Positions 39,147-52,417 are shown, counted from the first letter of the stretch. The stretch is DNA of 64,000 nucleotides from Octopus vulgaris (GCA_951406725.2 OX597831.1:27218001-27282000); one strand, 5' to 3'. The notes: generated from the letters alone by a model not told the origin. Translations and numbers: made by a program.

Positions 39147-39207
39147 TGATGATGATGATGAAAATGCTAATGGTGATGATGCTAATGGTGATGATGATGA
39201 TGATGAT
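38900..39207. repeat. (GAT)n/(GAC)n microsatellite
   Basis: Direct inspection. Confidence 0.95.
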
Positions 39208-39514
39208 TTTGTTGTTAAAATTTATGAGCAATAAATTGGTTTATACTTCTATACTACAAAAAAATGTTTTACCAGATTTTTCTACATTGGTGCAGGTGTG
39301 GCTGTGTGGTAAGAAGTTTGATTCCCGGCCACGTGGTTCCGGGTTCAGTTATTTGCTTTCCCAAAAATTTCAGTTAGTTGATATTATTATTATTAGAGTT
39401 CTCTCCCTTTGTTGTTACTTTTAGACTTTAAACATCGACCAGGTGAAGCTTTTACCCACTGACTACATGTGTAATCTTAGCTACCGTATTTTCCGGCATA
39501 GAAGTCGAATTTTT

Positions 39515-40083
39515 CAGACTGCATTTGACCCAGACTGCCTTCTTCCAACTGTTAAACATGGATGAGGATCTGTGATGATCGGGGGGGGGGGGGCTGTATC
39601 TAGGAAATCCGCCGGCCCAATGGTTTCCCTTCATGGCAGAATTAATAGTCAAGACTATTTAAGCATTTTATCTGATCGAATTCATCGAGTGCTTGCGGAA
39701 CTGTTTCCGGTGGGAAACGCAATCTTACAAGATGATAATGCATCAATTCACACTGCTAGAGTTGTTACTGAATGGCACGGAGAACATTTTAGTGAAGTTG
39801 AACATCTTATCTGACCACCACAGTCCCCAGATCTCAATATTATTGAACATTTATGGTGTATTTTAGAAAAACAAGCAAGGAGTCGATATTCTCCGCCATC
39901 ATCACTACAAGAATCGGAGTTTGTTTCAGCTGAAGAATGGACAAAAATTCCTTTGGGAACAATTCAAACTTTATATGAGTCCATACCGCATAGAATTCAA
40001 GCTTCCCAAAGGTGGTCCTGTCCCATATTAAGATAAATTTGTTTGAAATTTTAAAGTGTTTCCATTATTTTCTCCAACCCCTG
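39515..40083 (+). mobile_element. Tc1-like transposon 3' part (D36E spacing)
   Basis: QDDNASIHTA...*PPQSPDLNIIEHLW; 3' TIR GTGTTTCCATTATTTTCTCCAACCCCTG-TA; same family as 19657-20555. Confidence 0.85.
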
Positions 40084-40089
40084 TATATA

Positions 40090-40121
<32 letters not shown>

Positions 40122-40377
40122 TGACTCTCCTGCCGAACACGACGTATGAGCGTTCAGCTTTTGCCGAACGACCTACACAAATGTGATCAATCGCGCCGCA
40201 CATTACCTCATTGTCTCCATCAAACGACGACGTCTGAACAGGTGCACAGTGTGCCGCGCTGTGTCAGGTGTCGAAGTCCTCGCAGCGCAGCGCGAGATAA
40301 AGTGTTTTGTTCAAGAACACAATGCACCATCCGGTCTAGAAATTGAAATCACAATATATATTCGCTGCGCCCTCATT

Positions 40378-40410
<33 letters not shown>

Positions 40411-40585
40411 ATGATTTTGTTTTTATGCTTTCGTTTCTCATTGTGTTCCGCGTATTTTTAATGTCCTGTACCCATATGTGCATGTATATATACATATATA
40501 TGTAGGTATGTACATATATGTATGTATATATGCATATATTTATATATTATTTATATTATTATATGATCAAATGCCATACGTGGCG

Positions 40586-40783
40586 TTTTTGTATCGTCTT
40601 CTAAATGTTTTACGTTCTTGTCCCAGTTTGTATTTTTCTACATATAATATATATAGCGGCTCCCGTACCCTCTTTGGCCTTGTATGTAAGTACATATTCC
40701 TTTAAATTTGGTACGACTCTATAACACTGTCTCTCTCTCCTACATTTCTCTGCCTTTCACACTTTGCACTCTACTTTGATCTG

Positions 40784-40814
<31 letters not shown>

Positions 40815-41510
40815 ACTTCTCCTCCTTTTCTCTTTTCTTGCCTCTGATTCTTTGGTCTCCTCTTCCCCCACTCTCTCACATTTCTCTGTCTTTCTCACTT
40901 TGCACCTCACTGATTCTGTCGCCAAGCCAATCCTTGGCACGCTCTCTTTCTTCTCCCCTCTTTAATTCCTTCTTTCTCTCTCTTCTCCCCCCTTTGGTGC
41001 CTTCGTCCCTTTTTTTCTCTCTCTCTCTTTGATTCCTTTGCCCCCTTTTTTTTCTCTCTCTTCTCCTCTCACGTGACCGCTGGTCAACCAGCCTTTCGGC
41101 TTCTAACCAACGCCACGAGAACATCGTTGTCTTTGTCTGCCGAAAAAGGCATTTTTTTCCAAATACGCCAGCTAAACTAAGTTGTACTGTCTATAGTCGT
41201 AAGACACCCACTGTTTTTGTCCTGTTATTACTGTTATTGTTGTTTGTATTTATATTCGCGTGACATCGTCCGTTATTCTGTCCTTGTTTCGTATACATTC
41301 GATTCTTTTTCCAAGAAATCTAATGCTCGTAGCTTAGTTTTTCCTTGGGACTGGCCGGATCGGAGCGATCTCAAGATTAATCTGCCGAAATTGCGAGGAT
41401 GATCCGGTTCTTGACTGAAGATTGAAGGCTTCGAATGTCCAGTCCGTGTTTTTTGTATCGTCTTCTAAATGTTTTACGTTCTTGTCCCAGTTTGTATTTT
41501 TCTACATATA

Positions 41511-41513
<3 letters not shown>
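40586..41513 (+). mobile_element. Element with ~63-bp direct terminal repeats (Penelope pseudo-LTR-like)
   Basis: TTTTTGTATCGTCTTCTAAATG...CTACATATAATA at 40586-40648 and ~41450-41513; homolog at 4985-5345. Confidence 0.6.
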
Positions 41514-41577
<64 letters not shown>

Positions 41578-42919
41578 TGTATGTATTAATGTGTGTGTCT
41601 TTGTTTCTGATTGTCCCCTTACGACCGCTTGACAACAGGTGTTGGTGTGTTTACGTCCCTATAATCTAGCGGTTCGGCAAAACAGACCGATAGTATAGGG
41701 AGGAGGCTTTAAAAAAATTCAAGTATTGAGGTCGATTTGTCCGACAAAGACCCTTCAAGACGATGCTCCAGTATGACCGCAGTCAAATGTCCGGGAAGCT
41801 TTTGATACCACATCGTACATACAAAGTCTTTTTTGTTTTGTTTTGTTTTGTTTCGTTTTTGCCCAGTCGTTACCACGGTGTAGAAGATCTACAGGTGTTG
41901 ATATACATCTTGTTTAAAGCTTATTCGGGAAGAAAAAAAAGAAAAAACGAATAATAAAAGAAGAAAAAAATTAGAAATTCTATTTGTTTGGGAACGCAAT
42001 ACATTACGTTTCCTTATCTTGGAATCATTGATTTATAAATGTTTATATATATATATATATATATATATTGAGGATGTGTATAAAATATGTGCATATTTTG
42101 CGAGCAATCCCCTTCACAGCTGTCAACATAGAAAAGAACATTGTGACCTGATACGAGACAAGCAGAGTTATGTGTCTTAAGCAGCGAAACAGCACCATTG
42201 CAAGGGCGTAGAAAGTTTTGAGCTTCCGACCACACATACACACATACACAGATATATATACAAATATATATATACTTTTCTAAGTAGGCGAAAAGAAATT
42301 GGAAGAGGGCACTTCCCACGCGTTGGGTAATCCAGGTCGTTTGCGTGAGATTTTACCCGAATTACCCAAAGTAGACTGTTCTGCTTTATGTTTCTCTAAA
42401 TTCTATTTATATCTCCTTTGTTATATCCTTTAATTTTGTAGTATCTACCTTTGATATATATATATATATATATATATATTCTTTTATTTGTTTCAGTCAT
42501 TCGACTGCAGCCATGCTGGAACACCGCTTTTAGTCGAGCAAATCATTTAAGGGTATTTCCAGGGGTGAATTATTCAAACCCCAAAGAATTCCTCGGCACA
42601 TGGTTATGATGCTTCCCGGCTATTTCTGCTCGCGATCAGAGATGAACATTTCGTCAGCCACCAAATGATATGCTCGACTGGTTAAGGTCGAACAAGTGAC
42701 AAGCAAATCTGTGGTATTGAGCAGAATATTTGCTGTAGCTCATCGGGCTGATACAAAAGAGCAGGCGATAGCTGTATTTTTGCCGGAAAAAGAGACAAAA
42801 AGGCCAACAGAACCAATTTTTTCGAGAAAGATCTCTTAGAATATCTTCGGAAAAGCAAAGGCTCCGTTTTTGACAACATTGTTCGAAATCAGAACAGCTA
42901 TTTAGAAAATGTAAACAAC

Positions 42920-43380
42920 GTAAATGCCATAATATATATCTGGAAGATCCTGGAAGGTCTTGTCCCAGACTTTGGCATCGAGAGTCACACAAATGCCAGA
43001 ACCGGACGCCACTGCGTAGTACCAAGGACTCCAAATTTGCCATCAAGATGTAGGACAAGATATTGTGATAGCCTGGGCTTCAGAGGCCCACGGCTCTTCA
43101 ATATCCTCCCGAAGAACCTGAGGAACCTGCATGGTGTGGATGCGGATGTCTTTAAAGTAGGACTGGATCGCTTCCTGTCAGGTGTCCCGGATGAACCAAC
43201 TTCACGGCAGGAGGTGCAGATGAGGGCAGCTGCATCGAACTCTCTCATGCATCAGATGGCGTTTGCTAAAAAGCATCCGTGAGGTAAAACCGTGTAGCAA
43301 ACCAAATGGCGGTGCCCCAGCATGGCCACAGCTCATTAGCTGAAACTGGAAAATCAAAATCAAAATCAATCAAAATCAAA
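42920..43380 (+). mobile_element. CR1/L2-group LINE 3' fragment with (AAATC)n tail
   Basis: IIYIWKILEGLVP...RGPRLFNILPKNLRN...FKVGLDRFLSGVPDEP ORF2 C-terminus; 3' stem-loop GGCGGTGCCCCAGCATGGCCACAGC. Confidence 0.85.
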
Positions 43381-43399
43381 ACGAAAACCCTTTCGTGAG

Positions 43400-43427
43400 C
43401 GAAGCAACGGACGGGTTGAGTACAAGT

Positions 43428-43459
<32 letters not shown>

Positions 43460-44470
43460 CGGCTACATTAAAAGCAACAACAACAATGATAAAAACAATA
43501 AAGGTGGTGAGACACAAACCGGTGCAACGACTTGGATTAGCTCTTCTAAACTTTCTTTCGCTGGAGTAGCTAAGTCATTTCTTCAGAGAATACAATTTTC
43601 TGAAGAGGAACTTAAAAATACGAGAGAGACGGAATAGCTGTAAAGTTAAATAACCTGCCTGAGACAATCTAGAATACAATACGCCGCCCCGTGACGCACC
43701 GTGCAATCTGTTTAAAATCAAAGGTGATGGAAAGAGCCACAGAGGCTCAAATTAAAAAAAGTTTTAGGTTCCGCCTGGAATCTAAAAGAATACATACAAA
43801 GAGGAAAGGTCTATGGAATGGTGGACGTTCGATTCCGAACCGAGGAAGAAGCCAAACATCACTCTCTGAATCCCTTCAAAAGCGAGGAGCTGCTGTTAGT
43901 TCCATTCTACTGCGGTCAGAGAGTGGCCAAAACATTATTCCAAGAGGTGCCGCCAGAAATAGCCATTCCTTGGCTAATTACTGCAGTGACGATAGACATC
44001 GAGGAAAACTCGAAAATCCTCGAAGCCTATCAGACCAAAAAGGAGAACTGGTCCAGGATTACCATAGAACCACTCATACAAACGATACAAAAGAGTGTGG
44101 ATCTCATCCCGGACCAGATCCTTCTTGGAGGCAGCATAATTCCAGTCTGGGTAGATGAAAGGAAAGCAGAGTCACATTTGCTTTTCAACTAACCATTTAA
44201 AAGCCGTCTGCTCTAGACTAAAGGAAAAAGAGAGGCGGTCACCTCTCTTTCCTATACCAACAACGGCCACCAGATCTCCAGCGACAACAGCAACAACATC
44301 ACCATCAGCAGATTCAGCTGTGGTACCACCAACACCAACAACCATACTGATACCGAGTTTCCCCAAACACTTCTCAGCGCCCGAAAATATTCCACTTCCT
44401 GATGTGGAGCGGGGTGGACATCACAGGTGGAGAGTCGGACCGCGACGAGTAATGGAAGTTGAAAACTAAA
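43400..44470 (+). pseudogene. L1/Tx1-type ORF1 remnant
   Basis: Frameshifted ORFs with VDVRF motif and degenerate zinc knuckle HICFSTNHLKAVC, followed by a Thr/Pro-rich region. Confidence 0.55.
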
Positions 44471-45074
44471 AAAAAAATGAAAAGAGACAGAAAGAAAAAC
44501 AAACGTGTGGACAAACAACAGTCTTCATCCACACAAAAAGTAGAAAGAAAAAAAAATCAAAACAACAAAAACAAATACACCGAAAACAAACACTGCATGA
44601 ACACCACCAACACCACCTCTAACACCTGAAACACAAGCCATCCCACATACGCAACCACGACAACAACTACAATCACAACTACAACCACCACTACGACAAC
44701 AACAACTACAACAACAACAAACACAAATTAAAGACACTAACGTTACAAACTACAAGGTAATAAGCAAAAAAACCCCAAAACAATGAATTAATGAAGTACG
44801 TACTAAACACTCACAAACATTACATCAAAAGATTTTGTCACACCCACAATCTCCCTACCTGCACACATACAAATCATTTAAACAACAACAAAACATATAC
44901 ATACATTTACAAACCCAATTCCCACAGAAAATTTTCGATTTTCTGTGGGAATATCACTAAGAGAATTCTTGGTGATTTACTGTTGGAAACACCCCAAGCC
45001 AACAGAAGGGACCGGGAATCCTCCTCTCCAAACAAAACCAAGTTTTCTTTTTCTTTTCTTATTCCGACAACATG

Positions 45075-45136
45075 ATCCTTAAATCCTTAAAAATGTTTTA
45101 GCCCGAAGGCCGCGGCCATGCTGGGGCACCACCGCT
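45075..45136 (-). mobile_element. Severely truncated CR1/L2-type 3' tail
   Basis: Minus strand GGTGGTGCCCCAGCATGGCCGCGGCC...(TTAAGGAT)2. Confidence 0.6.
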
Positions 45137-45140
45137 GATC

Positions 45141-46398
45141 GTGTACAGAATAGGCAGCGTGAATGTACGTGGCCTGAGGTTGCCTTGGAAACGGGGTCAT
45201 CTGCTCAATAGCCTCATGGAACTGAATGTCGACGTGTGGCCATTAGTGAAACCAGAATTTCCGACTCACGGGATTTCCGACCTATTTTCGGTGACTATGA
45301 GGTGTACGCATCACCAAGTCGTTGGGGAGCGGGAGGCGGAGTCGCCGTGATGGTGCGGAAAAACCTGGATCTTGCAAAACGGACGATCTTCCTGGATCCG
45401 GAAGGTAAGTCGGTGGTCATGGACGTGACAGACAGCGAAGGACACGCTTTCAGCCTAGTTGCCTTCTATGCTCCGACAGTGGCAGGACGACCAGATTTCT
45501 TCAGACGTCTGGAAACTTTCCTGGAGAGGTCCCGCTCTTTAGTGTTAGTGGAGGATTGGAATCGAGTTTTAGATGTAAGGTGGGACTGTGTAGGTTTCAC
45601 TTGAAAAGGAAAATAAGGGTAGAGGGGGAAGTGTTGTCTTCTAGCCAGTTTACTGAAAGGTGGATGAAAGTGACGAGAATGGTGCGGGTGAACGGGCCTG
45701 CCCTGACTTGGAAAAATGGAAAGGAAAAAAGGCACCTGCCCCAAAAGTCAGGGTACCCATTGTTTTTTTTTTATTTATTATATGGGGTTTTTCCACGAGC
45801 AGCCCTCGAACGTCTCCTTCCTATTGAGGATTACACATTACTCTTTTTACTCTTTTACTTGTTTCAGTCATTTGACTGCGGCCATGCTGGAGCACCGCCT
45901 TTAGTCGATCAAATCGACCCCGGGACTTATTCTTTGTAAGCCCAGTACTTATTCTATCGGTCTGTTTTGCCGAACCGCTAAGTGACGGGGACGTAAACAC
46001 ACCAGCATCGGTTGTCAGGCAATGCTAGGGGGACAAACACAGACACACAACCCTCCCCCCACATATATATATATATATACATATATACGACAGGCTTCTT
46101 TCAGTTTCCGTCTACCAAATCCACTCACAAGGCATTGGTCAGCCCGGGGCTATAGCAGAAGACACTTGCCCAAGATGCCACGCAGTGGGACTGAACCCGG
46201 AACCATGTGGTTGGTTAGCAAGCTACTTACCACACAGCCACTCCTGCGCCTATCATAGTTAATTTCTTTTTTATTTTATTAGTCTTGTTTGCACGCAAAA
46301 CACTCACCCACATAAACACACACACATTCTTTGTTTTGTCCTCTGCTGTCCATAACGGTATTCTTAAAGTAAACCCTTGTTGGTTAATAAAGAAATCA
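45141..46398 (+). pseudogene. L1/Tx1 ORF2 remnant: APE endonuclease joined to probable C-terminus and 3'UTR (RT missing)
   Basis: IGSVNVRGL, AISET, GGVAVMV, YAPT and DWN endonuclease motifs; 3' end AACCCTTGTTGGTTAATAAAGAAAT; interrupted by SINE B. Confidence 0.75.
45839..46252 (-). mobile_element. SINE family B, full length
   Basis: Near identical to 7235-7637. Confidence 0.9.
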
Positions 46399-46426
46399 CT
46401 ATCATTATTATTATTATTATTGTTGT

Positions 46427-46457
<31 letters not shown>

Positions 46458-46458
46458 A

Positions 46459-46855
46459 AGGCGGCGAGCTGGCAGATGCGTTAGCATGCCGGGCGAAATG
46501 CTTAGTGGCATTTCATCTATCGTTACGTTCTGAGTTCAAATTCCGCCGAGGTCAACTTTACCTTTCATCCTTTCGGGGTCGATAAATTAAGTACCAGTCA
46601 CGCACTGGGGTCGATATAATCGACTTAATCCGTTTGTCTGTCCTTGTTTGTCCTCTCTGTGTTTAGCCCCTTGTGGGTAGTAAAGAAATAGATATTTCGT
46701 CTGCCGCTACGTTCTGGGTTCAAATTTCGCCGGGGTTGACTTTGCCTTTCATCCTTTCAGTGTTGATTAAATAAGTACCAGTTACGCACTGGGGTTGGTG
46801 TAATCGAGTTAATCCCTTCCTCCAAATTTGAGGCCTTGTGCTTCAAGTAGAAAGG

Positions 46856-46856
<1 letters not shown>
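46459..46856 (+). mobile_element. SINE A dimer (alternative tail on second unit)
   Basis: Junction GAAATAG|ATATTTCGTCTG. Confidence 0.85.
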
Positions 46857-46918
<62 letters not shown>

Positions 46919-47366
46919 GTTGCTGTTGTTGTTGTTATTACTTAAAAACAATTTGATTTGGACCTAATATTCTCTCCCAGCACCAACACCACCACCTCCA
47001 TCACTACCAATACCACCATCATCATCCATCACCCTCGGTACTACCTCCACAACACCCTGCAACATACCATCACCATCACCCACCACTACCGCAGTCTCCA
47101 TCACCCATATCCTCCTCCATCTTTGAAGTAAGGAAGTGTGTCTTAACCGGAAGTGATGGAAGTCTTCTAACCAATGCCCACATTGCCGCCACATTTTGCA
47201 CCGAATGACATACTTGACTCTATGCGTGTTGTTTGTTTGTGTGTGTGTGTGTGTGCCTGTGTGTGTGTGTGTGTGTGTGTATGTGTGTTTATGTACACGT
47301 GTATGAGAGTACGTATGTATCACTTTGTGTATGCGAATGTGTATATGTATGACTGTTTGTGCCGTG

Positions 47367-47417
<51 letters not shown>

Positions 47418-47422
47418 TGTAG

Positions 47423-47453
<31 letters not shown>

Positions 47454-47489
47454 ATATATATGTATATATATATATATACATATATGTAG

Positions 47490-47533
<44 letters not shown>

Positions 47534-47562
47534 ATATATATATATATATATAAATATATATG

Positions 47563-47663
<101 letters not shown>

Positions 47664-47823
47664 AGATAGGGTTGAAAATTCAACCCACCATGGGATAATA
47701 TATATCCAATATACTGCTAGATAGGTACCCAACAAAATTAATACATAGATGTTAAAAATTGTCAAACAATCAGTTCATCTATTGTATTATATGGGTAAAG
47801 GTAATAATATTACCGTAAATTAA

Positions 47824-48089
47824 TACTACAAAATTAGAGAATGGAGAAACATACTTAAATCAGTAAAACATCAACTATCCGATGATACTCAATCCATACT
47901 TTTGCATATTATATTTGAAATTTTTTACTTATATCTCTTTATCCTTTTACTATTACTGTATATCTCATTTCATTTTATATATTGACTTTACTCATATGTA
48001 ATGGTGTATTAAAGTATGGATTGAGTATCATCGGATAGTTGATGTTTTACTGATTCAAGTATGTTTCTCCATTCTCTAATTTTGTAGTA
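47824..48089. repeat. 79-bp inverted repeat pair (foldback) abutting (TA)n
   Basis: 47824-47902 is the reverse complement of 48011-48089 with about one mismatch. Confidence 0.9.
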
Positions 48090-48123
48090 TATATATATAT
48101 ATATATATATATAAATATATATG

Positions 48124-48174
<51 letters not shown>

Positions 48175-48800
48175 TTCTTTTATTTGTTTCAGTCATTTGA
48201 CTGCGGCCATCCTGGAGCACTGCCTTCAGTCGAACCAATCGACCCCGGGACTTATTTTTAGTAAGCCCAGTACTTATTCTGTCGGTCTCTTTTTCCGAAT
48301 CGCTAGGTTACGGGTCGTAAACACACTAACACCTGTTAAGTCATACTAGGGGGAGAGACAAACACAGGCACACAAACATATACATATATATATACATACA
48401 AACGTACATATATGCATATATATAGTTAATCCAAACAAGAAAGCACAAAAAAACACAACGCGAGGACGTGGAACAAATATAGTATTATTGGACGCTCAGG
48501 AAAGAAGGAAAGAAGGAAGGTTTAACGTTTCGAGCAGAGCTCTTCGTCGGAAACATAGGAGAGGGAAAGATCCAGAGAAGGGAAGACAGAGGAAAAAAAA
48601 TCGCCAACGGTACACACGCGGTCATATACATATACGACAGGCTTCTTTCAGTTTCCGTCTACCAAATCCACTCACAAGGCTTTGGTCGGCCCGAGGCTAT
48701 AGTAGAAGACACTTGCCCAAGGTATCACGCAGTGGGACTGAACCCGGGACCACGTGGTTGGCAAGCAAGCTACTTACCACACAGCCACTCCTGCGCCTAT
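48175..48800 (-). mobile_element. SINE B with a hammerhead-bearing P2 element (48425-48625) in its internal microsatellite
   Basis: Family B halves flank a sequence homologous to 63083-63280. Confidence 0.8.
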
Positions 48801-49006
48801 ACATTATTAAGAAAGCTGCAAAAACATCACAAAAACTGTTATTCAGAGTTTCACGTTCCTAATCGTCGGACAGTTTTGGTTGAATTTTTGTGAAGTCTTT
48901 GTGATGTTTTCGCAGCTCTATTAATAAAGCATATTACTCTACCTCCGGTATTTTTTTTACCTTCTTTCACATTTATTTGCTTACTGTGGTATAAATAAAT
49001 ATATAA

Positions 49007-49043
<37 letters not shown>

Positions 49044-49100
49044 GACAGTCATCAGACAGACAGACAGACAGACATATATATAGATAGATAGATATGTAGG

Positions 49101-49194
<94 letters not shown>

Positions 49195-49197
49195 TAT

Positions 49198-49522
49198 TGA
49201 GACACCCTTCGGTCGTGACTGACCATGGGATTGCACCTAGAGAGTTACCCTTTCAGGCACAAGTCCGGACAAGGCTGTTTATGGAAGACCAGCAGTCGCC
49301 CATGCATACCGGCCTCCCCTCTCCACGCCACCAGTGTTATCCAAGGGAAAGGCAAAGGGGCTGATACAGCTTGGCACCTTTGACGTCGCAACTTATTTGT
49401 ACTGCTGAGTGAACAGGAGCAACGTGAAATAAAGTGTCTTGCTCAAGAACATAACACGCAGCCCGGTCCGGAATTCGAACTCACAACTTCACGATCGTAA
49501 GCTCGACGCTCTAACCACTGAA
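49198..49522 (-). mobile_element. tRNA-derived SINE family D (CORE-like, RTE-like tail)
   Basis: Minus strand CAGTGGTTAGAGCG...GAGTTCGAATTCC, then TTCTTGAGCAAGACACTTTATTTCAC; related to 57980-58195 and 63690-63960. Confidence 0.7.
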
Positions 49523-49703
49523 ACTGTAAGGATAATCTGGAAACTTGACTGAGGAGAGGAGGCCACGAATGGCCCGTCTTGTTTTGTCCTGTCCGTCTTT
49601 TTATTGTTTTTCCTGTCGGTCTTCGTATCGTCCATCTGTCCGGATATTTTATTGTCGTCTGTTGCGTCTCGTTCCATTTTTTGGATATATAAATATATAC
49701 ACG

Positions 49704-49786
<83 letters not shown>

Positions 49787-50525
49787 ACACAGACATACAC
49801 ACACACACACACGTACATACATATGCGTGTCTATCTATGCATATATGTGTGTATGTGTCTGTGTGTGTATTGTGTGCGTGTGTATGTAAATGTATTTGTG
49901 TGTGTGCGTATGTGTATGTGTGTGTCTGTGTGTGTGTAGAAAGATAGAATGATAGATAGATACATACATACATACATACATGCATGTATACATAAAATGA
50001 TTGATTGATTTTATGCGTAGACATGTATGTGTATATATCCTAACGCATGGTGTATGTATCGTGTGAGGCATGTGTACATATTCAATTGTGTGTGTGTGTG
50101 TGTGTATACGTGTATATGTGCATATGTGTGTGTGCTTGCGTGCCTCTCTGTGAGTGGCAGAATCGTTACATCCCGATTTCAAATTTTGCCTTTAATATTT
50201 TCGGGGTCGATAAAATAAAGTTCGCAAGAGTAACCCGGAATGATTTGGGGATCAAAGGTTTTGGAAAATCGATAATGTATTTGTATTCCATCCTTTCCAA
50301 TAGCAAGATTGAAAACACACGAGACGAAACTTCCTCTAACTTATTGACTTTTTCTTTTTTCTTTTTTTGATGATTGAAATATAGATGTGTACAATTATAT
50401 TTAATACACTCGTGTACACTCGAGCATGGAAAGCCCTCCATTGAGAAAACTATCTTTAGATAGAAATTCTCCTCGTAGACAATGTGTGTAAAAAGCACAC
50501 ACTGGGCCATAAATGACTACACGTG

Positions 50526-50587
<62 letters not shown>

Positions 50588-50670
50588 CTACGTTGTTACA
50601 CTTTATCGGTTATGCACACTGGGTCTGTTATTCATAGCCCACTAGCCAAAGCTTTGCATTTATCAGCAAA

Positions 50671-51063
50671 CTAGCATTATTGCCCGGCGTTGTTCGGGTT
50701 TGTTGCGACCCTTTAGAATTGTAATTTTTGAAAAATAAAAATTTTGCATTATGTAGCTTGTTATTCTCTTTAAGTGAAAATTTTTCTGGTTGAAATACAC
50801 CGAAAAATGGCGACACGTCAGTCAAAACATCGTAAAAAATAGGGATTTTCCTAGAAAAAAAGCACCTTTTTGATGTAAATAATTTTTGGTGTGAACATGG
50901 TCCGATTTGAATTTTATCTTCTACAGAATGAAGAGCAAGTCGTCTTCTATCATACTCTCAATTTTGGTCAACTTGTGCCGCAGGGTCTCGGAGGAGATAG
51001 TGTTAGTTGAAGGCTTACCAAACCTGCCATACACAGACAACTACAGCTTTATATATAGAGAGA
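50671..51063 (-). mobile_element. Non-autonomous Helitron
   Basis: Minus strand 5'-TCTCTCTATAT..., 3' hairpin CCCGAACAACGCCGGG then CTAG; inserted between A and T; termini shared with 62662-63060. Confidence 0.75.
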
Positions 51064-51103
51064 TTTAAATATAGCAACAACAGTTCTTAGTGGGTTGTGA
51101 ACG

Positions 51104-51168
51104 ACGGATTTGATGCCAGTAGCTGACGAAGCGTAACGATGCAGAAACAGTCCTATGACGTCATCCGT
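51104..51168 (+). ncRNA. Type I hammerhead ribozyme motif with extended stem I
   Basis: GTAG-CTGACGA-AGCGTAACGATGCA-GAAACAGTC-CTAT; distal ACGGAT/ATCCGT pairing. Confidence 0.6.
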
Positions 51169-51570
51169 TACTTAGCATATGTTTTCCATGCACGTTGTCT
51201 ATAAGGAGAATTTCCGCGGCCGATTTTCTTCTACCACGTTTGAGTGTACACGAGCGTGTTAAATATAATTGTACTCTATGATATTAATATTATTCCAGGG
51301 CAACAATCGAATGCTTTATTGGTATTTGTTTTTGCTTTTGTGAGCACTTTTGTGAGTTATAACGCTTAGTTGCACTTTCGATAAATTGGTGCTGGAAGAT
51401 GGAGGATCACAGACTTTTATTGCTTGCGGATTTTCATTATAAATCTAGACGAATCCGATTCTCTTCTGCAGGCTACTATTAGACATTCCTCTTTCTAATA
51501 AAGAACATTTTTTTTTTTCGGTAATATTGAAGTTTACCATATCTGGGTCGGAGTAGCGCATTGCTAAAAC

Positions 51571-52127
<557 letters not shown>

Positions 52128-52144
52128 GTATGTATGTATATAAT

Positions 52145-52331
52145 TTAGAGAATAACCACCATGTAGCAATTCAACAATGATATACTTAAATCATACCATA
52201 TAGAAAAAAAATTAAAGATACGATAAAACATTTACCAAGAACTAAATATAGTACAAATAATTTTATTTTTTTATATATGGTATGATTTAAGTATATCATT
52301 GTTGAACTGCTACATGGTGGTTCTTCTCTAA
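52145..52331. repeat. ~60-bp inverted repeat pair abutting (TA)n
   Basis: TTAGAGAATAACCACCATGTAGC...CCATATA versus TATATGG...GCTACATGGTGGTTCTTCTCTAA. Confidence 0.85.
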
Positions 52332-52417
52332 TCTGTTATACATGTATTATATATTGTGAAATTTGATTTAGTATCACTAAATTGAATTTTTCCCTGCAAG
52401 TTTGGCATCATATTCCC

